64,000 bases of DNA from Octopus sinensis (lineage: Eukaryota), in the NCBI RefSeq assembly GCF_006345805.1, contig NC_043003.1:48918001-48982000 (forward strand), written 5' to 3'. Shown here piece by piece: positions 26,168 to 38,785 of this stretch. Made by a program: the position numbers and the translations under genes. How positions within the stretch are numbered: the first letter of the stretch is position 1; each line of letters begins with the position of its first letter. The notes beneath the pieces are model-generated. The model saw nothing but the letters and a program-made list of their open reading frames with translations, was not told the origin of the DNA and did no database searches.

Positions 26168-26360
26168 CGAGGGGGATTTTGGTAGAAGAAAAAACAGGAG
26201 GATCAGTTAATTATGATTTTATTTAATATATTTCCCTCTCAGATACACATACTTATTGCAGCAGTCCTTCAGTTTTTCTAAGCCCTGTAAAAGAACGCGG
26301 AAGGTTGGGCTTTCGACCAGGCCTTTCTCGGTACTCTGAAAGCTAGGAACTTTTCAACAC
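26168..26360 (-). mobile_element. Mariner-derived MITE
   Basis: Inverted homolog of 32260-32476; TA|CGAGGGGG terminus. Confidence 0.75.
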
Positions 26361-26546
26361 ATAATATATATATATAATTATATAGCATATATTATTTGAT
26401 TCTCTGTCTGAAGAATTTCTTATAGAAAATTTCTTGCATGTTTATCCAACATCTATAATTTTGTGATTCCTATTAGCAAATGAAACACGTGTAATGGTGA
26501 ATAAATAACGCCCAAAACGTTTTTCAGATTCCTGTTTTGTTACATG

Positions 26547-26625
<79 letters not shown>

Positions 26626-26652
26626 TAATATATATATATATATATATATATA

Positions 26653-26689
<37 letters not shown>

Positions 26690-26903
26690 AATTTAGGGTA
26701 GCAAAAAAATTCAATAGACATTTATCGCAACAGCGGCCTGGTGAAAAAGAGAAAATAGTCATCGACTAAATATATAAATATAACGATTTAGGAGTGACCC
26801 AACAGGTCACTCGTCCACCAGAAAAAGAGCAGCATAACTCACACCGCCAAGTATTATTAATTCAGAAATTAGGTGAAAATTTAAAAACATTTACCCTAAT
26901 TCA

Positions 26904-27003
26904 TCTTTTAGACGTTGCAACGTTTCTGTGTCATTAATGATTAAATTAGTTAATTAAATTAAATTAAGCCAATCTACCATAGGTTACACTTCATCAGTAA
27001 AGA
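26904..27003 (-). ncRNA. Type I hammerhead ribozyme, array copy 1
   Basis: Reverse complement TCTTTA CTGATGA A GTGT...ACAC A GAAA CGTTGCAACG TC TAAAAGA: intact core, palindromic helix III, GUC site (C = complement of 26911). Confidence 0.75.
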
Positions 27004-27372
27004 CCTGGGAGAGACAAATATACACGAGGCGTCTGTATCGAAGCCTACGGGATATCTGACTTAAAATTTTCAAGACTGACGTATTCGCGCCAAAACTTAT
27101 CAACAGTAAATATAAAATGCCGATTCAATCTCAGAATTATTCAGAAAATTATCAATTAGTCATTTAGGGTAGCAAAAAAATTCAATAGAAATTTATCGCA
27201 ACCAGCGGCCTGGTGAAAAAGGAAAATAGTCATCGACTAAATATATAAATATAACGATTTAGGAGTGACCCCAACAGGTCACTCGTCCACCAGAAAGAGC
27301 AGCCAACTCACACCGCCAAGTATTATTAATTCAGAAATTAGGTGAAAATTTAAAAACATTTACCCTAATTCA

Positions 27373-27473
27373 TCTTTTAGACGTTGCAACGTTTCTGTGT
27401 CATTAATGATTAAATTAGCTTAATTAAATTAAATTAAGCCAATCTACCATAGGTTACACTTCATCAGTAAAGA
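27373..27473 (-). ncRNA. Type I hammerhead ribozyme, array copy 2
   Basis: Same motif; TCATCAG at 27461-27467, GAC at 27380-27382. Confidence 0.75.
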
Positions 27474-27733
27474 CCTGGAGAGACAAATATACACGAGGCG
27501 TCTGTATCGAAGCCTACGGGATATCTGACTTAAAATTTGCGATAAATTCTATTGAATTTTTTTGCTACCCTAAATTGACTAATTGATAATTTTCTGAATA
27601 ATTCTGAGATTGAATCGGCAGTTTATATTTACTGTTGATAAGTTTGGCGCGAATACGTCAGTCTTGAAAATTTTAAGTCAGATATCCGTAGGCTTCCGAT
27701 ACAGACGCCTCGCTGTATATTTGTCTCTCCAGG

Positions 27734-27836
27734 TCTTTACTGATGAAGTGTAACCTATGGTAGATTGGCTTAATTTAATTTATTAAGCTAATTTATCATT
27801 AATGACACAGAAGAAAACGTTGCAACGTCTAAAAGA
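27734..27836 (+). ncRNA. Type I hammerhead ribozyme, array copy 3 (inverted)
   Basis: CTGATGA at 27740-27746; GAAGAAAACGTTGCAACGTC with a small insertion near GAAA; GTC at 27827-27829. Confidence 0.65.
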
Positions 27837-27953
27837 TGAATTAGGGTAAATGTTTTAAATTTTCACTTAATTTCTGAATTAATAATATGGCGGTGTGAGT
27901 TATGGCTGCTCTTTCTGGTGGACGAGTGACCTGTTGGGTCACTCCTAAATCGT

Positions 27954-28019
<66 letters not shown>

Positions 28020-28043
28020 TATATATGAATATATATATATATA

Positions 28044-28093
<50 letters not shown>

Positions 28094-28509
28094 TATATAC
28101 ATATATATATGTATACATGTATATGTATACATATATATATACATATATACATGTATATATATATATATATGTATATATAGATACATACATATATATATAT
28201 GCATTCATATACATATATATATATACATATATATATGCATATATATGTATTACGAATATATACATATATACATATTTATATATACATATATATATATATA
28301 ATATATATACATACATATATATATATGCATATATATGTATAAAATATATACATATTTATACAATATATATATATATATAGCATACACATACATATATACA
28401 TATATTGCATACACATAATATATATATATATGCATATATACAAATATACATATACATACTTACTTACATACATACAACATACATAATACATACATACACA
28501 TATATATAT

Positions 28510-28554
<45 letters not shown>

Positions 28555-28638
28555 TATATGTACATATATTTATATATACATATATATATATATATACAAA
28601 TGAAAGACAGAAGATGGAATATACGAGAATATATATTA

Positions 28639-28742
28639 ATCACAACAATCTTTTCGACACATCTAGCATCGACTCCTTTTGTGGGACACTCAACAACTGG
28701 TTCAGGAGTATCCGGTGGTGCAGACGTATCTCATCAGGTGAT
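28639..28742 (-). ncRNA. Decayed type I hammerhead with long helix II in a short PLE-like insert (about 28597-28830)
   Basis: Reverse complement ATCAC CTGATGA GATAC...GTGTC GAAA AGATTG TT GTGAT: 5-bp helix I, G-C closed helix II; helix III looks like a mutated ACGATCGT palindrome. Confidence 0.6.
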
Positions 28743-28853
28743 GAATAAATAAAAAACTCGGTTAAAATGACTGTCCCACAATGCAACTTACTGTTATGAG
28801 AGAGAAAAACAGCTAGACGGAGGAAAATTCTCCATATATATAGATAAAAAAAC

Positions 28854-28887
<34 letters not shown>

Positions 28888-28989
28888 TATATATATATAT
28901 ATACACAACATACATACATACATATATATATATACGTATATTATATATATAATAATAATAATAAAAGGAACACACATTATATGTATGCA

Positions 28990-29165
28990 GGACACACACA
29001 CACACATATATACGACGGGCTTCTTTCAGTTTCCGTCTACCAAATCCACTCACAAGGCTTTGGTCGGACCGAGGCTATAGTAGAAGACACTTGCCCAAGA
29101 TGCTACGCAGTGGGACTGAACCCGGAATCATGTGGTTGGTAAGCTACTTACCACACAGCCTCTCT
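28990..29165 (-). mobile_element. SINE family A head
   Basis: Near-consensus head in reverse after a (CA)n tract. Confidence 0.85.
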
Positions 29166-29229
29166 TGTGCCTACAAAGCCACTCCTGAATCATATATATA
29201 TATAAGGGTAAAGGCCTTCTTCGATTACG

Positions 29230-29535
29230 AATGACCACAAGACGGGAGTGCACCTAGAAAGTTACCCTCCAAGGTAGAAGCCCGAATAAGGTTGTTTCAT
29301 GGAAACCAGCAGTCGCCCACATATAGCAGTCTCCCCTCTCCACGTCACCGATGTTGTCCAAAAGAAAGGCAAAGACCGATACAGCTCGGCACCTGTGACG
29401 TCGCAACATTTTTCTACAGCTGAGTGAACTGGAGCAACGTGACATAAAGTGCTTTGCTGAAGAACACAACACGCAGCCCGGTCCGGGAATCGAATTCACA
29501 CCCCCATGATTATAAACTCGACGTTCTAACCACTG
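29230..29535 (-). mobile_element. SINE family C variant with a different tail
   Basis: CAGCTGAGTGAACTGGAGCAACGTG...GGGAATCGAA...AACCACTGA. Confidence 0.7.
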
Positions 29536-29910
29536 ACCACTGAGCCATACACGTTCATACACACCCACCCACTCAGGGACAGACAAACAGACAGATAGAC
29601 ACCCACACACCCACACATGTACACACAAAAAAATGGTTGAATTGTGTACCACCGTAGGGCTGTACATCTATAGCATCATGGCACCTATGTTACTAGCTTA
29701 CCAGGAGGCTATTCTTTCATCATTTATCATAGATCTTTTTGCTATATCAGCAGATGATGCGTCATCTATTTACGAAAGAAACTTATTATTGGTGGGTGTT
29801 AATATATTTCATAAGAAAATAGGAAAATAAAATAAAATAACATAAAATACGAATAAACATAAATAAAACAAAATAGCTGTTATATATATGTATGTCTATA
29901 GATTTTACTA

Positions 29911-29944
<34 letters not shown>

Positions 29945-30050
29945 TTTTGAAAGAAAAAACAAAATCATTTATGTATTTATGCTTGTGCGCGTTAGTATTT
30001 TAAAATTAAAATAATACGTTATATGCACGTATTATTTCAGTTTATAATTA

Positions 30051-30081
<31 letters not shown>

Positions 30082-30521
30082 ATGTTAATCTATTCTTAAA
30101 CAAAGGAACGGTTAAAGTTGGATATACATTAGTATCTATTATGTTTACCTGTAAGGTTGTCAATTAATAGATATTATTAATTATTTTTTAATTATTAATT
30201 AATTATTAAATTCATGGGTATGAAACAATAAATATTATTATTAATTAAAACTTCCAATTTAGTCTTTGTTATTTGAAATTATCTTATCTATTTAATTTGT
30301 ATTAATCCCGGGTGTAGTATAATGTGTATCACATGATCAGGTTGGGTATTCAATATAAGAAATTCGTGCTTTACGTCATCAAAGATTGTGTTGTAGTTAT
30401 TAGACCTCTATTTTGTTTATAGATTAAAAGATATATACTATCATAACATTCAATCTAACATAATATAATATACTATATTTATTTATCGAATTTTATTGAA
30501 TAATATTAAGTTATACATTAA

Positions 30522-30730
30522 GGCGGCGGGCTGGCAGAAACTTTAGCACATCGGGCGAAATGCTTAGCGGTATTTCGACTGTCTTCATGTTCTGAGTTCA
30601 AATTCCGCCGAGGTCGACTTTGCCTTTCATCCTTGTGGGGTCGATAAATTAAGAGCCAGTTGCATACTGGGTCGATTTAATCGACTGGGCCCCTCCTCCA
30701 AAATTTTGGGCCTTGTGCCTAGAGTAGAAA
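30522..30730 (+). mobile_element. SINE family B
   Basis: GGCGGCGGGCTGGCAGAAAC...GAGGTCGACTTTGCCTTTCATCC...CCCTCCTCCAAAATTTTGGGCCTTGTGCC. Confidence 0.85.
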
Positions 30731-30949
30731 ACAGTATTAAATTATATTTAATTTAATTCTATTTTCGAAATACATATTTAAAGGAATGTTTACAAGATAA
30801 AACAGATTCTTGACGGTTATTAAGAATTTTAAATTTGGAAGTAAAGATTTGGTAGATTTCGTCAACGCATAAGTTAGTTTTAAAATAGGTTAACATAAAC
30901 ACACACAAATAATTATAAACTGAAATAATACGCGCATATAACGCGCATA

Positions 30950-31297
30950 TTATTACCTCTGCCTTAACGAAGGCGGATGTATTGTTCCAGTGGTATTTGT
31001 GGATAAGATATCTCAAGAACCGCTGAATTGATTAAAATGAAACTTTCAGGGATGTTTGGCCTTGTAACTGGCACGAATTGATTAGATTTTGGGATCGATC
31101 CGGTTCCGGACAAGGATTCTGGACTATTTTTCCTATTTTATTTTACTTTATTTTTGATAGCAGTCGAGTTCATATTTAGTATTCTCGTTTATGAGAGCAG
31201 TCAAGATATTCTCATTTTAAAAATCATCTCTGGCTAATCATTGAGAAGACATTGGTATTGTCTTGGCGGAGGTTTGCGCTCTTTGAATGCTCTTGTT
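30950..31297 (+). mobile_element. Helentron-like non-autonomous element, full length
   Basis: TTATTACCTCTGCC...GGCGGA start; TTGGCGGAGGTTTGCGCTCTTTGAATGCTCTTGTT end. Confidence 0.75.
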
Positions 31298-31379
31298 TTA
31301 ATTTTCAGATACTTGCACAAGCAAGAATGAATAAATGATTTGGTTTATTCTTTCAGACAGACAGACAGACAGACAGACA

Positions 31380-31419
<40 letters not shown>

Positions 31420-31884
31420 TTAGTAAAATCTGTAGACATACACACATATATATATAACGGCTATATTGTTTAATTTATTTTTATTCGCATTTCGTTTAAT
31501 TTATTTTTGTTCGTATTTTATTTTAGTTTCCTATTTTCTCATGAAAAATATTAACACTCGCACCTCACATATAAACATATCTCTGTTTATTTAGTCTGTG
31601 TTAAAATCTCAAACTAACAACAGCAGGGCTAATTAACATAAAAAAGATTACAGTTCTTTTATGTCAATTAGTCCTAATGAGATTTTACTTAATATACTAA
31701 GTGCAAATTTTATTTTGTTTATATAATTGAAACAATTGTAGGCATTTTTAATTAACTATATGTTAATAAATTAATTTATATCTATATACTCTCCACTTTC
31801 TTCTTGTTTATCATACTCTACATTTTTAATATACCCATTTATATCGATGTGATATTTCTCGTAGGCACATGGTATCAAACTGTG

Positions 31885-32115
31885 AGCTGGAAGAAACGTA
31901 AGCGCGCCGGGCGAAATGCTTAGCGGTATTTCGTCTGCCGCTACGTTGTGAGTTCAAATTCCGCCGAGGTCGACTTTACCTTTCATCCTTTCGGGGTCGA
32001 TAAATTAAGTACCAGTTACGTACTGGGGTCGATGTAATCGACTTAATACCTATGTCTGTCCTTGTTTGTCCCCTCTGTGTTTAGCCCCTTGTGGGTAATA
32101 AAGAAATAGGTATTA
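31885..32115 (+). mobile_element. SINE family B
   Basis: Near-consensus core and tail ending AAAGAAATAGGTATT. Confidence 0.85.
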
Positions 32116-32172
32116 AACCAGTGTAACCAGGATGATTTCATCTCTATAAGAGGAGTACATACCCTCGCAGTG

Positions 32173-32213
<41 letters not shown>

Positions 32214-32259
32214 CATACATTCGTTATATGCTTTAATATATATAATATATACATACATA

Positions 32260-32476
32260 CGACGGGGTGATGAAAAGTTCCCGGCTTTAAGGGTGTCGCG
32301 AAAAGCCTAGCTGGAGGCCCAACCATCCGAATTCTTTTAAAGGGGTAAGAAAAGCTGAAAGACCGGTGCGATAAGTGCGTGAATCTGAGAGGGAAATATG
32401 TTGAATAAAACCATAATTAACTGATCCTCCTGTATCTTCTTTTTACTCAAAGCCAGGACTTTTCAGCACACCCTCG
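32260..32476 (+). mobile_element. Mariner-derived MITE (Hsmar2/irritans-like TIRs)
   Basis: TA|CGACGGGGTGATGAAAAGTTCCCGGCTTT ... AAAGCCAGGACTTTTCAGCACACCCTCG; interior encodes the mariner C-terminus KLKDRCDKCVNLRGKYVE*. Confidence 0.85.
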
Positions 32477-33048
32477 TGCATACATACATACATACACACA
32501 CACCCACACACACATATATATTATGCATGTATGTATGTAGTATGTATATATATATATATATATATAGAATCTATATATATATATATATATATATATATAA
32601 CATACAACACGTACATACATACACACACATCTATATATATTAAAAGGATGTGTTATAATACTATTCCACACATACAAAAAAAACAGCCATACCAACAATC
32701 TAGCATACCTCCATCATCAGCTGCCCCACAGATATCATTATGGTTTCGACACTCGAGCATCACCCTTCAATCCGGTGAAATAAGTGTTGTTTGGGAACAA
32801 GCATACCAATATATATATATACACACACACACACTTTATTACTGAAACTGCAAAAACATCACAAATATATCGCAAAAAAACTACTACTCAGTTGAGATTC
32901 TTAATTACAACTGTCCGACGAATGTAGCAGTTTTTTGTGATATGTTTGTGATGTTTTTGCAGCATTAATAGTAAATCATATTACTCTACTTACGGTATTC
33001 AAGTACTTCTTTTCTCTGCATTGTTTCACATTTATGTGCTTACTCTAG

Positions 33049-33102
<54 letters not shown>

Positions 33103-33126
33103 CTATCTATCTTCTATCTATCCTAG

Positions 33127-33159
<33 letters not shown>

Positions 33160-33263
33160 ATCTATCTATCTATCTATTTATCTATCTATCTATCTACCTA
33201 TCTACATACATACATTATATATGTATATATATATATATATATATATAATCATATATATATATA

Positions 33264-33304
<41 letters not shown>

Positions 33305-34085
33305 ATTAAAATATTAGGTAGCAGAATATATATATATAGAATTAAAATATTAGGTAGCAAGAATATATATATATATAATTAAAATATTAGGGTAACAATA
33401 ATACATATATATATATGTCTGTGTGTATGTACATTTGAGTGAGTGAGTGTATTGTGTAGACACTAAGACTCACATCCACGAACCTAAGCAGTGTAATTTT
33501 AGTTCACTAAAGTGAGATATTTAATCATTGAGTGTGAACATTGACTGAACAAGTAGTCGGTGCTATGAGTTTACGTCAATGTGAACGAATTCCTTAAAAT
33601 GCACTACATAAAGCTACTATAGAAAAGTAATCTCGTAGGACTTTTATGCATTCCGTTAACTAATCACCTCGTCAGCTGCCGTTCAACTAAAGACAATAAT
33701 TCATTCTCAGCCATACATTATGTATAACGGTTGTTGACATCACGAGTGTTTGGTATCAAAATTGACCAGAAACGGACAAAAGGTATGAAGCAGACACTTT
33801 ATATATTTCTGATAAATAATAACTGTCTTTGGAGGGAATATAATAAGTCGGGGCGCTTAAATAAATGCCAGAAGCAATGTAGTAGATAGATTCGCACGAG
33901 CCTTCACAGTGCAGTTTACACACGCACACACACACATCACACTCGACAAGAGTATACATACATAAGTAGGCACATACCCACACACACTCTGCACAGTACA
34001 CACAGACAAGCACATAGTCGAATTTATTGAGTATTTAATATGTATATGTACATGCAGATACACATACATACATAATATAATTTAT

Positions 34086-34133
<48 letters not shown>

Positions 34134-35052
34134 ATAATCTATATACATATATATATGTATATATATATATGTGTTATATATTTATACACACACACACACA
34201 CAAATATATATATATATATACACTCAATCACCTATTCACACATAAACATACGTACCTTACTCACACACACACACAGCCAATAGCAAGCCATTATATATTC
34301 AACATCATGATGATAGAGCAGCGGACATAATTCAGAGAATAGTTATCACTCCAAGCAAACCATTAATTATGTATGCATACAGATGTTTCGACGCTGCTAA
34401 TTCCAATCTATCTTCCATAACATAGGCAGACCCCACCGCTGCCACACACACACACACACGTACAGACTCACATGCACACACGCTCATACGAACTCACGCA
34501 CACACATAGATACCAAGGCCTAGGTATAATATTAGAGATGATAACATTTGGCACACAATTCTACACGCAGTACTGTTAAAATACAAAGCTCTCTAATTAA
34601 AGTCTATTATGGCAAATCTATCGATTCATGGCATCAGAAATTGAAGTTAGATTAGCTCCTATTATAGAGTTTCTGTTACTGATCCGACAGTATTTTTAAA
34701 TGTTAATCTAGGTTAGTGCGAAGACATGTATCCATACATATGAACAGATGCGTGCACACACATATACATACACACTTATACACCCACATAGATGGAAGAA
34801 TGCCCCAAATACACTCATATACCTATTTATGCATACGTATGCAAAATGACCAGTATGTATATATTATTATAGATATCAAATTTATTCGTAAATATTTATT
34901 TTCATCTACATATTTATCAATTTAATCATTTTTTTCTCTCTCTCTCCTTGTCTCTCTGCATGCATACATACATACATAAATAGATACATAGATACATACA
35001 TACATACATACATACATACATACATAAATAGATACATAGATACATACATACA

Positions 35053-35083
<31 letters not shown>

Positions 35084-35268
35084 GTGCATACTTATGTACA
35101 TACATACAGCAACGAAAATTGTTATATATATGTGTATATAGCTATGTGTATATAAATACATACATACATCTACCTCGCCATCCCCCGGGGTAACGCCTTT
35201 TCTATATTGTCTATCGAGACCATGAAATTGTCTGACTTACAGGAAATTGTACGTTCTACTCCTTAATG

Positions 35269-35311
<43 letters not shown>

Positions 35312-35312
<1 letters not shown>

Positions 35313-36110
35313 TGGGTCATGCCATAAATAATGCAGATTTTTCAATTGTATGAACTAAAAGTCGCAGGGGGACAGGATAAACTAACTACATCAACTTACT
35401 ATAATTGCACGTAGTTATCTTATCTTGTCCTTAATCTTTGTGCAATTTTTGAAGAGTGCAAATTTTAACAGTTATGTTTTCAAATCTATAATGGAAGTGA
35501 CAAAGGAGCTTATTCGGTATATTTTGCTTTATGTGTTCAATAGAGGCAATAACGCAACGGAAAGTACGCGGAACATCAATGCAGTATGTGGGCATCGAAC
35601 AATAAGCGTAAGCTAGTGCCAACGGGGGTTTTCAGAAATTCCGTAGATAGTTCCAGAAATTCTGTAGAGCTCGACGAGGGTGTCTTGTAAACCCTGATGG
35701 AACAAAATCCCATCGTAACTGTTGAGGAACTAGCAGAGAAGCTTGGATTTGGTCGTTCAACCATTCATCGACACCTGCGTGCCATCAGAAAACGATCACC
35801 TTTGGTTTTAAGACGAAAGGTGTTCTTCCATCAGGATAATGCTCGGCCACATACAGCAAAAATAACATTCTAAAGGCTGGAGTAGTTTGAATGGGAAACG
35901 ATGCCCGACCCACTATATTTGCCAGACATTGCCTCATCTGATTTACATTTATTCCACAGTCTTCAAAACCATTTGGATGGACAAAATATGAATTATGTAG
36001 AGGAGGTCAGAACAGTATTGGAGGAGTATGTTTCTTCGCAGACAAGTGGATTTTGGAAGAGGGGCCTTGCAAATGTCATATAGATGGAAGAGCATTGTAG
36101 AAAATTGTAG
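35312..36110 (+). pseudogene. Internally deleted mariner transposon (DDD type)
   Basis: TA|TTGGGTCATGCCATAAATAATG left TIR; ATG at 35491 MEVTKELIRYILLYVFNRGNNATESTRNIN; VTVEELAEKLGFGRSTIHRHL; FHQDNARPHTA; PLYLPDIASSDLHLF; right end cut by a SINE A tail. Confidence 0.9.
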
Positions 36111-36361
36111 ATTATATATATTCTTTTATTCTTTTACTCGTTTCAATCATTTGACTGCGGTCATGCTGGAGCACTGCCTTAAAGGGTTTTAGTCGAAGAA
36201 ATCGACCCAGGACTTATTCTTTGTAAGCCTAGTACTTATTCTATCGGTCTCTTTTTGCCGAACCGCTAAGTTACGAGGACATAAACACACAAACATCGGT
36301 TGACAAGCAATGGTGGGGGTGGGGTGAGGGACCAGTACAGTCACAAAAACACACACATAAA

Positions 36362-37218
36362 TCTATATACATAAATGTGTAATGGTGTCTGTTTATGCGT
36401 GTGTTTGGGGTCACTCTAACTCTTCCCACACCGTCCAACCGATTTTAATGATTTTTAGCACATAGCTAGATCACGTGCCCTGAAGTTCAAATAAGGCCGG
36501 AATTTTTCGAAAACTCGCTAATGCTCAGTTAGCATCGATTTTTGTGAGCTCAATCGGGCGTTTGAATGGAAATTCTCATAACGATGTAATTTCACCTGCA
36601 GCTTTTGCATTTTTTGTCCGATTTAGATGAAAATCGATGAGTGAGCGAGGCTCATGGCAGTAAGTTGATTTCAGTATATGGCGTTCACAAGAAATCTATA
36701 ATTGCCCCTGAGCAGTGGTTTTATATAATCAATAGCCTTTTTGCGTGCAAATACCCATAGGGATTTTATTTTTGGCCGTTACTTTTATATTTTTCATCTG
36801 ATTTTAATGAAATTTGAGATTTAGGTAAATTTTATGGTTAGGGAGACGGTAAAGGTTTTAATTTGATTCCGGAAGGGCACAGGCGTGTATCAGCTTTTTT
36901 CAGAGACTATTCTATCGATTTTTAAGATATGTTACACGTGATTACAGTTCATGTCCGTAAGTTGAATGCGTCATGTAGAGTTGACAAAAAATCGATAATT
37001 GCGCGTGAGCAGGGGGATATTATAAAATTAATAGACATTTTGCGTGCAATTGGACTACACTCCAATCAACCCGGGAATTATCGGGTACCTCTGCTAAAGT
37101 ACCTCGAACATGACGTCATCCGAAAGATTCAGAAAGAAATTTCATCAAGCAACAGTTATAACGGCATAGGCTTATCCTTAACATAGAAAACCCGAGCAAC
37201 GCCGGGTACAACAGCTAG
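36362..37218 (+). mobile_element. Non-autonomous Helitron
   Basis: A|TCTATATACATAAA start; AAACCCGAGCAACGCCGGGTACAACAGCTAG end; internal sub-repeats. Confidence 0.75.
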
Positions 37219-37276
37219 AATACACACACACATATATATACGATATATATATCTATATCTATATCTAACTATTTAT

Positions 37277-37352
<76 letters not shown>

Positions 37353-37354
37353 AT

Positions 37355-37569
37355 AGTTAATCCAAACATGAACAAAGAGAAAACACAACAACGCGAAGAC
37401 GTGGAACAAGTATAGTGTTATTGGACGTTCAGGAAAGGAAAGAAAGAAGGAGGATTTAACGTTTCGAGCGGAGCTCTTCGTCAGAAACATAGAAAAAGGA
37501 AAGGTCCAATGAAGGGAAGACGGAGAAAGAAAATCGCCAACGATACTCACGCGGTCACATATTGAAGTG
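37355..37569 (-). mobile_element. Family D copy 2 with minimal hammerhead at 37455-37487
   Basis: Reverse complement TTT CTGACGA A GAGC TCC GCTC GAA ACGT T AAA: canonical core, palindromic ACGT helix III; flanked by (TCTA)n and (TA)/(CA)n. Confidence 0.7.
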
Positions 37570-37578
37570 TATATATAT

Positions 37579-37612
<34 letters not shown>

Positions 37613-37627
37613 ACACACATACACACA

Positions 37628-37698
<71 letters not shown>

Positions 37699-37928
37699 GA
37701 TGGGCTTCTTTCAGTTCCCTTCTACCAAAGTGCCACGATGACGACCACACTATTCATCATGTAATACATACAGAAAGGAAAGGTGCACATACTATTTCGA
37801 GCGAACAATAACTATAGCACCTGATATCACAGGGCTGAAAATGAGGTCGATTGGTTCGTTTCTAGGTTTGTTAAACCCTCATCAGAGAAGGAATACTAGT
37901 TTTTGTTCTGTGAATAGTACCTTAAATG

Positions 37929-38012
<84 letters not shown>

Positions 38013-38454
38013 GTATACTCAGCCAGAACTATATTTGTCTGTCTAATTTGCATGGCTCTGCAGGCGCTGAACCCAAGAATTAATGAATTAATTAGAAGTG
38101 CACAAAACAGTATCTTGTGAGGAACATTGAAATTTTTTGACAAATCTTTAATAAGTAGAATTTGATCTCATTGTGAAAAGTGATCGAAGTGGTTACAGTT
38201 ATAGATTTATTTCACCGTGAGTAAGAAAAAAAATGGAATGGTCGACTGGTTTCTGGTTTTGTTAATGCTTATTCAGGAAAGTCTACTAATATATTCTGTT
38301 CACAAAAAGAATAGTGGCTCACAGTTATTTAAAATATATACAAACTTGGGGAAAACTAAATTGGTCTGTCTAATTACATTACAGTGCATTCACTGAATTT
38401 TTCACTGACGATGGCTTACCAAAACCAGAAACCAAATCGATCTATTTATTTTTC

Positions 38455-38785
38455 TGCTAATGCCACTCCGTCGGTTACGACGACGAGGGTTCCAGTTGAT
38501 CTGATCAACGGAACAGTCTGCTCGTGAAATTAACGTGCAAGTGCCTGAGCACTCTACAGACACACGTAGCCTTAATGTTGTGCTCAGGGAAATTCAGCGT
38601 GACAGAGATTGTGACAAGGCTGACCCTTTGAAATGCTGGTACTACACATTTTTGCCAGCTTAGTGGACTGGAGCAAGGTGAAATAAAGAGTCTTGCTCAT
38701 GAATACAACGCGTCGCCTGGAATTGATTTCACGACCTTACGTTCGTAAACCGAATGGCCCTAATCACTAAGCCACGCGCCTTCAC
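38455..38785 (-). mobile_element. Long SINE family C variant
   Basis: Homolog of 50000-50305 (GCACGTTAATTTC.CGAGCA...GGAAC.CTCGTCGTCGTAA.CGAC). Confidence 0.8.

Larger units (their letters stand above)
26685..27958. repeat. About 470-bp non-coding tandem repeat (1.8 units) plus inverted unit, one hammerhead per unit (retrozyme or PLE pseudo-LTR-like)
   Basis: Unit 1 from 26685, unit 2 from 27157 to 27538, inverted copy 27537-27958; both outer ends run into (TA)n. Confidence 0.9.

Noticed and set aside
26685-27958. CRISPR array or prokaryotic/phage system
   Set aside because: Repeats are long contiguous units without unique spacers, there are no cas-like ORFs, and the context is eukaryotic.
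29970-30510. Mitochondrial insertion (NUMT) in very AT-rich tracts (also 43820-44620)
   Set aside because: No recognisable mitochondrial protein, rRNA or tRNA motif in any frame read.
37840-37892. Minus-strand CTGATGA GGGTTT AAC AAACCT A GAAAC as a hammerhead
   Set aside because: Core and helix II are plausible, but there is no cleavage triplet with helix I pairing; at best a fragment.
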